A stretch of DNA of 64,000 bases. It comes from Octopus sinensis (lineage: Eukaryota). A program made the position numbers and the translations under genes. The stretch is from NCBI RefSeq assembly GCF_006345805.1, contig NC_043004.1, positions 22,010,001 through 22,074,000 of the forward strand, read 5' to 3'. Under the pieces are notes generated by a model. The model was not told where the DNA came from, ran no database searches, and saw only the letters and a program-made list of their open reading frames with translations. Below, piece by piece: positions 1-12,901 of this stretch (position 1 is the first letter of the stretch; the number at the start of each line of letters is the position of its first letter).

Positions 1-44
1 TATGTATGCATATATATAAATATGTATGCATTTATATATGTATA

Positions 45-103
<59 letters not shown>

Positions 104-688
104 CGTATGTACGCATGTATCTGTGTGTGTAAGTGTGTAAATGCAGACAAGTATGCATCCAAGTATACATTTTCACATGCATATACACACGTATCTATTT
201 CACACACATTATTGCGAAATGAAATCTTACAGCGGATATTGTAGTTACTGACGTCTTGACCGTGTAAGTGCATGTTTATAGGAGCGTGTCTGTGAGAATT
301 TATGCATTTATGCATGTATATAAATGAAAATATGCGCTTATGTGTTCCTAGTGTGTTATTTAGATCCTAACAGCTGTTACTACATTTACATTCGTGGCTG
401 TACAGCTTGAAGCTTTCGATTATTTTTCAATTATAAATTGAAGGATATAATCTTCACCCAGTTTTGTAAGAAATGTATTACTATTGATTTGAAAAATAAA
501 CAGAAAGTTATATATTGTTTTATCAATCATAACAACATCAGTATTTAGTAGAGATTGAGTGGATTCTGAGGCAAAAGTCATATTTCATGCTTACATAGTT
601 TGAATCCTGACTTGAAAGCTTTTGAATATGAAGTTTAATAACATTACTGTAAGGAAATTTATTATGGCAATATTCACAATTCCAGAAA

Positions 689-1917
689 TACGGGGGGGTA
701 CCTAAAAGTAACCGGAAACATTTTCTGTAGGACAAACCTTCTGTAGTAGGTTTCCGACACTAGAAGCCACTTATATTGACCCTCAGACATCCGTCTGCCC
801 ACCGGCGTTAGCTGCTGGAGACGTACAGACACGTTGTGCGTCTTTGTTTTGCAGTGTTTCTCCACTATTCGTTGATTTTTGCGCTGCCCGAAACAAAGGA
901 ATAGCGTGCTGGGGAAAACAGCGGCCGATACAGATGTCAGGCATCAAACAGCTTACAAGGCCGCTGCTATGAGTAAAACACAATCTTACGAGTGGTTTCC
1001 ATGCTTCATGAATGGTCACTTGTTACTTGACGACCACACTCGTTCAGTATAACCGTCGACCTCCCGAACCGATGAAAGCATTATGAAAATTTTATCAGCT
1101 GATTTTGGAGGACCGTCACTGAACAATATTCTTATCTACTCTAGGCACAAGGCCCGAAATTTGGGGAAGGGGACCAGTAGATTACATCGACTCCATTATG
1201 CAACTGGTACTTAATTTATCGACACCAAAACGATGAAAGGCAAAGTCGACCTCGGCAGAATTTGAACTCGGAACGTAATGACAGCCGAAATACATATTTC
1301 TTTACTACCCACAAGGGGCTAAACACAGAGAGGATAAACAAGGACAGACAAACGGATTAAGTCGATTATATCTACCCCAGTACGTAACTGGTACTTATTT
1401 AATCGACCCCGAAAGGATGAAAGGCAAAGTCGACCTCGGCGTAATTTGAACTCAGAACATAAAGACAGACGAAATACTGCTAAGCATTTCGCTCGGCATG
1501 CTAACGCTTCTGTCTGTTCGCTGCGTTACTGAACAATATTGATGTCACTGAACAATATTGACGAACGTGTTGATATGACTGGTGTGTCCTGGGGCTTATG
1601 CCAACAAATTTTGAGCGAGAAATTGTGAACTGAAAGAACAGCTTTGAAGTTGGCCCGGACCCTTTTTCGAGTGTCTTCAGTGGTGATGAAAGCTGGGGCA
1701 ACGGAATTTTCAGATGTGGAAGAGATGAAATAAAACAACGGAGGCGTTAACAGTATCACTTTGCTAGAGTTCCAGCACTTCTTCGAATAATGGAAAACGC
1801 ACATGGACCGATTCCCGGATGGAAAATACTTTGAAGGCGATAAAAGTGTAAACATGTAAAACTAAGTGAATAAAATAATTTTGCAAAATTTCGGTTTCTT
1901 CTATGTACCCTCGTCTA
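689..1917 (+). mobile_element. Mariner-family DNA transposon, decayed internal-deletion derivative, interrupted by a SINE dimer
   Basis: Imperfect TIRs: TA-CGGGGGGGTACCTAAAAGTAACCGG at 689 and CGGTTTCTTCTATGTACCCTCGTCTA ending 1917. Transposase relics on + read LGKTAAD..AAMSKTQSYEWF..F.NG..L.DD..RS..PSTSRTDE (HTH region), LEDRH*TI/DERVDMTGVSWG, GDESW, and FSDVEEMK..WKTHMDR..DGKYFEGD. Stops and frameshifts throughout. Confidence 0.85.
1131..1524 (-). mobile_element. Dimeric tRNA-derived SINE (type A unit plus headless type B unit) nested in the mariner
   Basis: Two tandem copies of the GTTCAAATT..GAGGTCGACTTTGCCTTTCATC..GGGGTCGAT core on the minus strand. Flanking sequence GT(C/T)ACTGAACAATATT is duplicated at 1115-1130 and 1525-1540. 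Confidence 0.85.
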
Positions 1918-2908
1918 CTGGATGTTTGAAAAAAAAAGACCCCACATTGATCTGCATAACGATTGCTCACTATATAGCTTCTACCCTAGGTCAAAGCGTG
2001 TTTTACATTTTCCCATGTATATACATGCAAAGATTGTCGATCATATACTCATAAGCGTGCACGCACAAACGCTTGTACGCTTCAACTGATACGAAAAGAC
2101 CTGATAAATATAATTAAAAAATAAAGAGTCGGTATTAATTTGTAGCTCAATAAATTGGACAGAAAAAGAAAGAAATGTCTCTAACGTTTCTGATAATCAG
2201 AGGTCTTACGAAAGCTAGAACAATCATTGAAAAAAAAAGGAAGAAAATGAATTGAGAAGAAATTGGAAAAATTGGAACTGACGTGTGTCCAACCCTCACG
2301 GCATGGTGAAATATATCATGTCACGCAATTGTGACACGCTGTCTCATTCAACTTGTATCGTTGGCTCGTAGGTCACTAAACCGCTTCCTCCAGTACTTTT
2401 GTTTGACAAGAAGAATTCCTAGAAACCCAGCAAGTAAAATAATAAATACCTATGAAATGAACGAACGGTTGCAGCGTCAGCTCAACCACTACCTAGCAGT
2501 AGAGAAGATACTCAGAAATTCGAGTTAGTATCTTATGCATTATCGGACTACGGAGAGCTAGGCAGCTCTTAGCTTTGTTAAAGTATGTCTCGAGCAGAAA
2601 ATACTTGCGCTCGCAGCTGTAAAGACCGTATAAAATAGCAGTTGGCATGATTATGGGAGCACGTGAAACATTTTGGCTAGAGGAAGAACAATTTCAAACA
2701 TAACCCCAACAGACTGTGATTGCTTATAAATAGGCGGAAATTAAAGGCTGCAAACTCGATAGTAAATCGGTTCCAATATGAACCTAGGACCCACTGAATC
2801 TATTAAGCCGAAGAAAGCATGAACACGCAGTAATGGATAACAATTATTCAGTGTCTAATGCCATTCATGTATGATGATGCGATATTCATATAGCTTTATA
2901 GTAGTACA

Positions 2909-2910
<2 letters not shown>

Positions 2911-2974
<64 letters not shown>

Positions 2975-3017
2975 CTATCTATCTACCTTCTATCTATCTA
3001 TCTATCTATGTACCTAC

Positions 3018-3048
<31 letters not shown>

Positions 3049-3188
3049 CTATCTATCTATCTATCTATCTATATATATATATCTATATGTCTGTCTATCT
3101 ATCCATTCATCCATCCATCCATCTATCCATCTATCTATCTTTCTATCTATCCATCCATCCAGCCAGCCATCTAACTATCTATCTATCT
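2911..3188. repeat. Compound (TCTA)n/(TCCA)n microsatellite
   Basis: Direct reading of tandem tetramers. Confidence 0.95.
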
Positions 3189-3689
3189 TTCTACACTGCA
3201 TATGATACATAAATATGAAAATATATATAAACATATGCATATACATATGTATGTCTATATATGTGTGTTTATATGTATATGTGTCTATGTGTGTGTGTGT
3301 GTGCGTTCATACGTATACAGGTGTAGCAAATAATAACATATGCACACACACATGTGTATGTGTGCACATACACTTGTTCGTACGTATGTTTTAAATTGTA
3401 AATTTGAACATGATTTTCTGACTTGTGCTATTTGAGTGGAATTAGTTGGTCACTAAAGATAGATTTAGTTAGAAGGAGTGTGACCTTTAACTTAGGAAAT
3501 CCTTCTAGATTTGTGAAAGTGTCAGATGTCAAACGTTAATAAACACACTATTTGAATTTCGGAAAATTAATACTCTGAGAGGTAAACATAGATAATAAGC
3601 AGTTCTAAAACTGAAGTGACAACTGTCCAAAACACTTCATGGTTTTCAACAAATTTTATATAGAAATCCACACACAGACACATACAGAA

Positions 3690-3703
3690 ATATGTATATG
3701 TGT

Positions 3704-3783
<80 letters not shown>

Positions 3784-3830
3784 ATTTACACACAACCACA
3801 CACACACATATACATATATATGAATGTATA

Positions 3831-3862
<32 letters not shown>

Positions 3863-3885
3863 CATATATATGTATATACATATGG
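3690..3885. repeat. Compound (TA)n/(TG)n microsatellite
   Basis: Direct reading. Confidence 0.95.
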
Positions 3886-4330
3886 TAAAGAAATAAAAGT
3901 GGTGCTCAACTCACTAATTTGTGTTGATAACTATTTAATAACGGATTCCCTCTCCATTACACTGGAGGAACTCATATCGTTAGATGCATGTCGTCGGAGC
4001 GGAGAGAAATAAAAAGCAAATCGAGATATATGCTTTGAAGAGTTGCTTATATGCCAGACAAGTTAAGCTTTCGATATTCCGGGACATGCAGATATCATAT
4101 CTATCTAGTGACACCAGGTCTTTCATTGTATGATGCACGTATCAGAGTTGACGGTATTTCCACCTCACCCGTCTTCTAACATTTCAATGACAACATTTAT
4201 CACAATGAGACGTAGCCATTGTTTTGCTATCAATTATAAATCAGTTTGTGTGTCTAGCATGGCTATCGTGTGATAGTAGATGGTACACTCTCTACGAGCA
4301 ACAGGAAATTAAATATGTATATATATATAT

Positions 4331-4364
<34 letters not shown>

Positions 4365-4499
4365 ATATATATGTATGTATATGTACTGCACTTGCATGTG
4401 ACCAACTTCGTATAGACATGTATTGTTTCTTAACCGACAATTGCTTATGTTCATTAACAGAGTGTATCACTGGTGATAGCTATAAAGTAGATTCTTTTT

Positions 4500-5160
4500 C
4501 CTGTTGACAGACACTACAGGATATTGGAGAATCTGCAGTTACAAATGGACATAGAGTTGCCAATTGTGAACACCAGGGGAATAAAGAGGATCCCTCTGAA
4601 AAATGTACCTCTAAATTCCTTGGCTATTTACCCTATCTAGTGTCTCACCCTGGGATAGTGCGGGAGTGGCTCTCAAACTTCGAAAGGCAGTATCATCTCC
4701 GATGACATTTAGTAGGATTTTAATCGTTATGGGTAGATTGTACGGTGAAGGATATTCGGGTTCACCTTTGTTTCTGTTTAAGAGTGTAATGTTGAAAGCG
4801 ATGTTATTTAAGCATGACAAGATAACCTTGAACACATAGGCAGTAAAGAGTTCATGGCATGTTTTCGTTAAAATGTCTAATAAGAGACAGAAGGCTCCTG
4901 GCCATATGTGTCTAAGCGTCAATATTGAATCTATATTTTAATTAGATTATATTTATAATTATTCATCTTTGAGGTGTTGTGTTGAGGCATATTTCATGTA
5001 CACAAATGATTAGTAAGTCACCCTTCACCATTACTTAGCTATAATGAAGTGCAGCCCTGACGAAGATGCCTTTGCTCACCGACACGCTAGTGATCTAATA
5101 CAGGCGAATAGTTTTCTTTACGACTGGGAGTGTGAGGTTACTTGGAGTGTCTAGGGATGT
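4500..5160 (+). mobile_element. Highly decayed Penelope-like element 3' relic (linker/GIY-YIG plus terminal repeat with decayed hammerhead)
   Basis: Broken frames give YLVSHPGIVREW, then CNVESDVI*..HIG. They are followed by CTGACGA (5057-5063)..GACAC-GCTA-GTG, a hammerhead-like core with GAAA changed to GACA. Confidence 0.35.
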
Positions 5161-5164
5161 AAAT

Positions 5165-5520
5165 ACTTTATTCGTTTGTCTTACCTATTGTCTCGTACTA
5201 GCCTGTCTTCAGCTCTATAGGTTTTTAAGTAAATCAAACGTTGTTGATTTGGGTTGACAGGTTTAGCTAGGCTGAATTGTTTTTAAATGTATAAGATTCT
5301 TCCTGAAGTAATTCGAAGCTTGATCGTTCAAATAGCTTGTGCTTTCATGGTCAACATGCCTCTAGAGAGCCGAACTGTGGAGATGTGTACCTTTTTACAA
5401 TATCCAAACTAAGTATCTATATGGAACCAATTAACTAATCCTGTCGTAGCTCCTAAAGCAGGTCTAGCTATGCTGAATAGGAGGGTAGATGTTCCATGTT
5501 GCCCGAAGTGAGACTAGAAC
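5165..5520 (-). mobile_element. Highly decayed Penelope-like element 3' relic, convergent with the previous one
   Basis: Minus-strand broken frames give LIGSI..HSSAL*RH..SNYFRKNLIHLKTIQPS*TCQ..FDLL, resembling a GIY-YIG C-terminus. Immediately after lies CTGAAGA (5212-5206)..GAGAC-AATAG-GTA. Confidence 0.35.
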
Positions 5521-6519
5521 TTGCTATCATCTGGTAACACTTGTTGTCAAGCAAACTGTTTATAATCTGAAAATACCAAACATACTAACTAGCCACGTGA
5601 CAACACATGTCACTAAAATGTCATATTCAACAGAATGCCGACTGTGTCTAATATCCTTTGTGCTAAAATATGTGGAACATGTAATAAAAGATGACTATCA
5701 TACACACGTGACTTGAACTGGTCATTTGGGGCCACAATATTCTCAGCTAGAAACTATTTTAAAGTTTTATTTAATTTGAATTGCTTTTAAATTCTGAATC
5801 AATATGGATCTGAGGATGTGTTCTGCGCCCACAAACTATTACGTGATATGCATCTAAGTCAAAATTTATATAGTAGGATATGTGCCATATTTGATCATTT
5901 GAAAAATCCATAGTGATGAACATATTGTTGAATATCCAAAAACGAAACGTGTTAATAAATACAGCAGATATTTAAAGTATGTCCTGACAACATAAACCTC
6001 AGTTTTATGGGTCAGCAGTATTGAAGTAAATTTAGAAATGGAAAATAAAACAGGAAAATTATAGGTTTATCCTGTTTTAAATGTAATGCCTTCTGTTTTC
6101 AGTATTATGTAATGTAATATATGTTTTTTTTTCCTGCAATGACTAGACGTGGAGAAAGTACATGTGCGAGCACATTTAGCTATTCTATCCAATCTCTCAT
6201 TAACTGATCGGATAAAGAATATATTTATTCGAAATACTTTAAATAAAGTGATCTTTGGATGAAACACTGAGGTTCATCACAGTGTGATTAAACCACATCC
6301 AGATTAAGTTTGCCACATAAAACTTAGTGAGCGAAGCGCTGGGATACATAGTCTATGGCAGTTATTTGACGGTCTAGTCAATTCGCCAGTTCCAATGCCA
6401 GGGATTTTAAATGTATTTTATCAAACGTGAAAGTATAAAAGAGGAAGTTTAACTCAACAGGAATTTGATTCACAACGAAGAGAATCAAAGACAAACACCA
6501 CAAACCGTTTAGTCCCGCA

Positions 6520-6522
<3 letters not shown>

Positions 6523-6597
<75 letters not shown>

Positions 6598-6600
6598 CAC
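6523..6600. repeat. (CA)n microsatellite
   Basis: Direct reading. Confidence 0.95.
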
Positions 6601-6678
6601 AGAAATAATACACGCGAGCACATATACGTATATAAACACGTATGAGTAAATATTGTACCAATATTTTGTTTAATGTAA

Positions 6679-7040
6679 GGCGGCGATCTTGGCAGAAACG
6701 TTAGCAAGCTGGGCGAAATGCTTAGCGTTATTTCGTCTGCCGTTACATTCTGAGTTCAAATTCCGCCGCGGTCGACTTCGCCTTTCATCCTTACGGGGTC
6801 GATAAAGTAAGTACCAGTTTCGCACTGGGGTCGATGTAATCGACTTAGCCCCTTGTGGGCAATAAAGAAATAAGAAACGTTTGGGCGCCGGGCGAAATGC
6901 GTAGCGATATTTCGTCTGTCTTTACATTCTGAGTTCAAATTTCCCCGAGGTCGACTTTGCCTTTCATCTTTTCTGGGTCTACCTAATCGACTGGTCCCCT
7001 CCTCCAAATTTTGGGTCTTGTGCATAGAGTAGAAAAGAAT
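6679..7040 (+). mobile_element. Dimeric tRNA-derived SINE (type A plus type B) with a single 21-bp TSD
   Basis: A-box-like TGGCAGAAACGTTAG and B-box GAGTTCAAATTCC. Second unit starts at ~6876 and ends in the tail AGAGTAGAAAAGAAT. Exact repeat AATATTTTGTTTAATGTAAGG at 6660-6680 and 7038-7058. Confidence 0.9.
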
Positions 7041-7919
7041 ATTTTGTTTAATGTAAGGGGTTGCAGGATTAGATTTTATTTATTATACTTCATGTGTACT
7101 GTGTGTACTTATATTGAATTAGTTTAATTGGTAATTCTAAATAACGTTACAACCATTAAACGTGATTCATGCTATAATATTCATCGATTCAATATTTGCA
7201 TGTGTATATGTATGTACGTATTTATGCGTGTACGTATATATAATTTGCGTATTGTTTTATCAGACAAATGATATTACCATCAGTTACTGTTATTATCGTT
7301 AATGTCATTGGTCCAATTAAACTCATTTAATAAAATATGCATGCACAGCATAACGAAACTCATACGGAGCTTGGTAATACTGTGTACCAAGTTTTTTGTA
7401 TATTTACTATGTTTTAACAACTGGTCACAAGTACGGCTATGGCTAAGCGTAATTATATGTGTTTGTTTGTGTGTGTGTCCTTTTATGTGTTTGTGGTTAT
7501 AGTGTTAGAAGAGAGAAAAATAGGAAACCGATTAGATAATGTGGAAATATCTATAATATAAAAGATATAAATCTGTATATATTCGTTCATTTTGCCATGT
7601 TAATCACCCCATGAATAATAAAGTAATTAGCAATATGTTTTTTGCTAGAGACAATTATATTTAGTTATCTCTAATAGTTTTTGACACAAGATTTAATGAA
7701 ATTTAAACGTGGCTAATTTAAATGATTAACGAAAAATGTTCACGTCGATTGCGCGAAGGAATTGGTTATTCTCTAAAACAATTCTCATAATTTGCGTAAA
7801 ATATATTTCTGCATCAACCTATTGTCATTTACGTTTTCTATGTACAAACGCACATATAAAATCGCCCATCGACGTGTCTGTTTACGGGTGTATGTGATAT
7901 TTAGATATTTTTAGTGTAA

Positions 7920-8013
7920 TGTATAGATATATATACATACATATATATATGTATATATATATTATATATATATATATATATATAACATATAATATATACA
8001 TATATATATATAC

Positions 8014-8080
<67 letters not shown>

Positions 8081-8145
8081 TATATATATATATATTATAT
8101 ATATATATACATATATACATATATATATATTTATGCATATATGTC

Positions 8146-8191
<46 letters not shown>

Positions 8192-8442
8192 GTGATCCAC
8201 GTCGGTTATGAATGACCATGGGATTACACCTAGAAAGTTACTCTCCGAGGTACAAGTCTGGGAGAGTTTGTTTATGGAAGACCAGCAGTCGCACACACAT
8301 ACCAGCCTCTCCTCTCCACGCCACTGATGTTATCCGAAAGAAAGCAAAGGCCGATAAAGCTTAGCGCCAGTGACGTCGCAGCTCATTTATTAACGTGCAA
8401 GTGGCTCTCTCTCAATATATATATGCATATATATATATACAT

Positions 8443-8474
<32 letters not shown>

Positions 8475-8477
8475 ATA

Positions 8478-8540
<63 letters not shown>
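7920..8540. repeat. Two long (TA)n/(TG)n arrays flanking a SINE fragment
   Basis: Direct reading: arrays at 7920-8190 and ~8417-8538. Confidence 0.9.
8198..8405 (-). mobile_element. SINE 3' portion (head lost)
   Basis: GC-richer island. Shares the terminus GTCGGTTATGA and the motif TTAACGTGCAAGTGGCT with the SINE at 21952-22338. Confidence 0.6.
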
Positions 8541-8542
<2 letters not shown>

Positions 8543-8554
8543 AATTATAAGTAT

Positions 8555-8700
8555 ATGAAAGAATGGAGTTGAACGACTAGTTAACAAATATCCTTTATTC
8601 TCGACATATGTTTCGAAGGCTTCATATTCGTAATTCCGAAGGAATAAGGAGTACATTATGCAGATTTCTCTTCGGGAAAATCAAGGAACTTATGTCGACA
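8555..8700 (-). ncRNA. Minimal type-I hammerhead ribozyme motif with U4C lesion, in a PLE-type terminal repeat
   Basis: Minus strand: CCGAAGA (8675-8669), stem II GAAATCTGCATA/TATGAAGCCTTC, GAAA (8614-8611), C-ATAT-G, TC. Stem-II insert and flanks are homologous to the 55.1-55.5 kb element. Confidence 0.6.
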
Positions 8701-9465
8701 TCAAAATGCACAAAATAATTTTAGCTAACCGCTCTCAAGAAGCCCATGGCGATAATGGGTGTCTCTTTATAATGAGTGACGTCAGAGTGGCTGAATGTAG
8801 AAGAATCTAGAAGTTTCTAAAGGTTCAAGAGTTCAAACGAAGTAGGAGGAGGGAGGCATAAGAATAGTAAGGTGAGAGAGTGCAGGTCAAAAGAATGGTG
8901 GGTTTAAATGATTTCTTTTGTGAATGAGTGCCTGCGTATGTGACTGTATATAACTGTCTTAATGTGTGTATGTATGTGTCTGAATGCGTGAATTGTGTTT
9001 GTGGATGGGTTGATGTCAGAAAACTGACAGTTGTGAGGTGAAAGGTCTATGTCTGTGTGTTCGATTATGTTTACTGTAGAGAAAGGAAAGTAGATAGCGA
9101 AAGGGAGAAAGAATATATATATATATATGATTAAAATTATTTTATGAATTATTTTATGCAGTATTATTTCCGTTAATTTAGCGCGCCAAAACGAGGACTT
9201 TTGAAACATAACCACAAGTGCATAGGTAGAACTACATACATGTTCGACCTCGTGCGGACGTCTAGTGAGTAGTTCTGCAAATTATATGTGTATGGATGAT
9301 CATACTGAAGATCTACGGACAAGTTGCGTGTCTATATTTTTGTTACTTTTCATTTGTCTTGCTTACGTTTCTGGTGATTGCTTAATTTTCTAGCGAACAT
9401 TTCTTAGTGGTAAGACCATAGCAGATCTATTTCTAGCACTAGGGTTGTCCACATAGTGGTTATCC

Positions 9466-9644
<179 letters not shown>

Positions 9645-10145
9645 CCGCACACACATACTTGTAAACATAAATGATTGTGTGTGTTGCCAAACATTTTGAA
9701 TAGTAACACTACTGTTTCTCGAAATCGCACACACTCAAATAATCGATTAATCTATTAATTATAAGGAGAATAAAGATGTCTGTAAAGTATTTGCTAAACC
9801 AATGTTATAGTGGCGTTTCAATGCGTTGAATGTCGAAGCGAATAAGACTAGGGTGAAATATGCCTTTTGTGTACTCTCTGGCCTGAAATACTGAGGCGCA
9901 GAAGCAACTATAAATCAATGATGTTTAGCGTGATATTTATGTATTCAGAATTCAAGCGTTTCGAATGGAATATACTTAAAGTGCTTAGGTAATATAAGAA
10001 GCATTAAATCTGCGATAACCTTTATCTCCAAGATCACCATGCTTCTTGAGATGTGTAATGCTGGAAACATTATCTATGTATGTATGTGAGTAGGTTGGTG
10101 TATATATATGTAGGTATGTATATATATGTATGTATATATGTATAT

Positions 10146-10518
10146 ATATATATATCTATATATGTATGGTTCCGGGTTCAGTCCGACCGCGTGGCATCTT
10201 GGGCAAGTGTCTTTCACTATAGCCCCGGGACGACAAATGCCTTGTGAGTGGATTTGGTAGACGGAAACTGAAAGAAGCCTGTCGTATATATGTATATGTA
10301 TATGTATATGTATGTGTTTGTGTGTCTGTGTTTGTCTCCCTAGCATTGCTTGACAACCGATGCTGGTGTGTTTACGTCCCCGTCACTTAGCGGTTCGGCA
10401 AAAGAGACCGATAGAATAAGTACTGGGCTTACAAAGAATAAGTTCCGGGGTCGATTTTCTCGACTAAAGGCAGTGCTCTAGCATGGCCGCAGTCAAATGA
10501 CTGAAACAAGTAAATGAG
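10146..10518 (+). mobile_element. tRNA-derived SINE with internal microsatellite linker (type C), head clipped
   Basis: B-box GGTTCCGGGTTCAGTCC, body ...GTAGACGGAAACTGAAAGAAG, (TATATG)n linker, tail GCATGGCCGCAGTCAAATGACTGAAACAAGTAAA. Homologous copies at 18.2, 22.6 and 48.7 kb. Confidence 0.85.
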
Positions 10519-10593
10519 TAAAAGAGTCTATGCATATATATATATATATATATGTACATATATACCTATACATATATACATACACACATATAT

Positions 10594-10641
<48 letters not shown>

Positions 10642-10835
10642 TAAAACCAAAAGAAAACATGGAACAAGAATGCAACAGGCGACAACAAAACATTCGGACA
10701 GTTAGACGATACAAAAAAGGACTGGAGAACCAAGGACGTGTCATACTGAACTTTCAATCTTCAGTCGTGTACCAGATCGTCTTTGCAGTTTCAGCTGGTT
10801 ACTCTCGAGGTTGCTCTAATGTGGACGGCCTTAAG
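10642..10835 (-). mobile_element. Unclassified interspersed repeat (family U) 3' part, abutting (TA)n
   Basis: The reverse complement aligns by eye to 32310-32550 (CAGCYGAAAYT..GAYGATC..GACTGAAGATTGAA..TTTTTGTATCGTC). Confidence 0.55.
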
Positions 10836-11349
10836 AAAATCTAATCTAAAAGCACTAGATTCTTTGGGAGAAAGCAAGCAAATGTATGCGAAAACAAGGA
10901 CGGAAAAAAATCGGAGTAGATTAGTAAATATTCTTCTTACATTTTGTAGCGTTATTAGATTGCTTTCTTCTGCTTCACTAAATAGTTATCTCTGTTTCTT
11001 ACAGACACGAAGATAGTCATTTATATTGGTTGGACAATAATGTTGTTTGGATGACCTTGTATCCTATTGTCTGACAGTTTAGATATATTTAAAATGATGA
11101 TTGAAAAAAATCTGCTGCATGAAAATGTGAGAGGAAAGTAAGAATTAATATAAACGGTAGAGTAAGCTGAGAAATTTTTTGACATCTATAACCTTATTGA
11201 AGAGAACAATCATTTACATATTCTGCTATGTTCAACATAGCAATTTTGGAACAGTTAATTGATTAATGTAGTATAAATCCACTACATTTGTGACCAAGAA
11301 TGTCTGTGAATTAAGGCGTTCCTTCCACGACAATTTAATCTTACTATAA

Positions 11350-11760
11350 GATATTAGTTCTATGACTGCATTTTCCAACGTAACCTTCCAAATGAAGATG
11401 AATGTTTGTGAAAAATTGATATAGTTGTCGCTGTTAGTTGTTCTAATCGATACGTAAAGGTTGCTTCTATTTTGTCATTATTCACAGTACGAAGTAAACT
11501 TTCAATGTGATCAGCTCTGTTACTCATGTGATCAGCTCTGTTACTCATTTCAGTGTCATCAATACAACAGTTACCATCAATACAACAATTAAATATCAAC
11601 ATTCAGATATTTTGCCCATCAGGTTTAGCTTATATATTTTAAACGAATAATATTTTGCTAGTGTTTCATCTATAAAAGTCTAAAGAATTCGCCAACTACA
11701 TTAATTCCTAAATAAACGTTAGCAAATACAATTTTTAATAAATTATTGGAGATGGTCATA
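11350..11760 (-). pseudogene. Possible very decayed PLE reverse-transcriptase fragment
   Basis: Broken frames give NNLLKIVFANVYL..GEFFRL..CIDD..ESLLRTVNN..FTY.LE, in PLE RT motif order. A 21-bp tandem duplication lies at 11505-11546. Weak match. Confidence 0.25.
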
Positions 11761-12823
11761 ATGAATAGTAAATTTCAAACTGTTGCATATCTATCCGATT
11801 TATATATTAGTTTGTTGATTTTGTAATATTAAAATATTTTTCATATCAAATTTTAATTTAAATGCCAGTAGCATAAACTGTATTGAAAAGAAAAAGTCTG
11901 ATAAAAAAATCAGATATTTGGGCCTAATCTGCATCACCCGATTTAACACCACTAGTTCACCCTCGGTTACATTGTGCGGAGTCAATCTGTTGTAATAATT
12001 TATGCCGAATCTTTTTTCTCGAAACAGTTGCATTCTGTTGGCCTGGTTGAAATTGCAAATATATTTTAGGTGCTAGCAATACTTCAACAAAGCATAAACC
12101 CAAATCAACCATTAACTGCTTTAATTTTATTTACATATTCATACATATTTTTTTTAAATAATAGTATTATATTTCAAAATTACTCTTTCATATAGAGCTT
12201 TGAAAATTTCAATGAACGAAAGACTAAGTTTGAGACAAACATTTGCATAAAACGCGTATATATTAGTCTAAATTAAGTAAATCGTGTACGTTTCATTATT
12301 TCTCGAAAGTATCACCAAACAAAAGATATAGAGAATCAACAGAAACACAAATGGAAACAGGAATTTTCCGAATGTCTAATTATATAGATATCACATTTTC
12401 TCTGACTGTATTAATACGTAACTGAAGTTATCATATTTGGCAGGCTTCCATAATGCATTGCATCCAAATCTTGCTCATTGTTATGGAAATTTATTTCAGT
12501 TCCAGTTTTATCACATATTAGTGCATAGTCTATCATGACTCTCTTCAACATATATTGTAATGTTCAGAAATAAGAAAATACAATATGTTAACATAGGTTT
12601 CATAATTTGCGACAGGATGAAGTTTCTTACAATGCAGAAATGTGGCGCAGTTGCGACGTTATCATGTTTCGTTTCAATATAAAATATCATGTGAGAGTGT
12701 AAGGTACCTCAGGTGGCGCTTTAGCTGTGGGAGTGAATTTGCATATTTTAATTTCCATATGCTTACACACGCACATACTAACACAAACACACACACACGC
12801 ACACACATACACATACACACTCA

Positions 12824-12901
<78 letters not shown>

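Noticed and set aside
41-100. Recurrent phase slips (TAATA, TATTA) within most long (TA)n arrays
   Set aside because: Expected from slippage or sequencing and consensus error, and no regular periodicity was seen.
1645-1682. CTGAAGA..GAAA..TC on the minus strand
   Set aside because: No stem II or III pairing, and it lies within mariner coding sequence, so it is a chance match.
2380-2700. Possible Gypsy integrase relic (EEFLE.., ERLQRQL, YLMHYRTT)
   Set aside because: Similarity is too weak and fragmentary to support without an HMM search.
11505-11546. 21-bp direct tandem repeat (also the 42-bp pair at 32223-32306) considered as CRISPR-like
   Set aside because: Only two adjacent units, no spacers, and a eukaryotic context.
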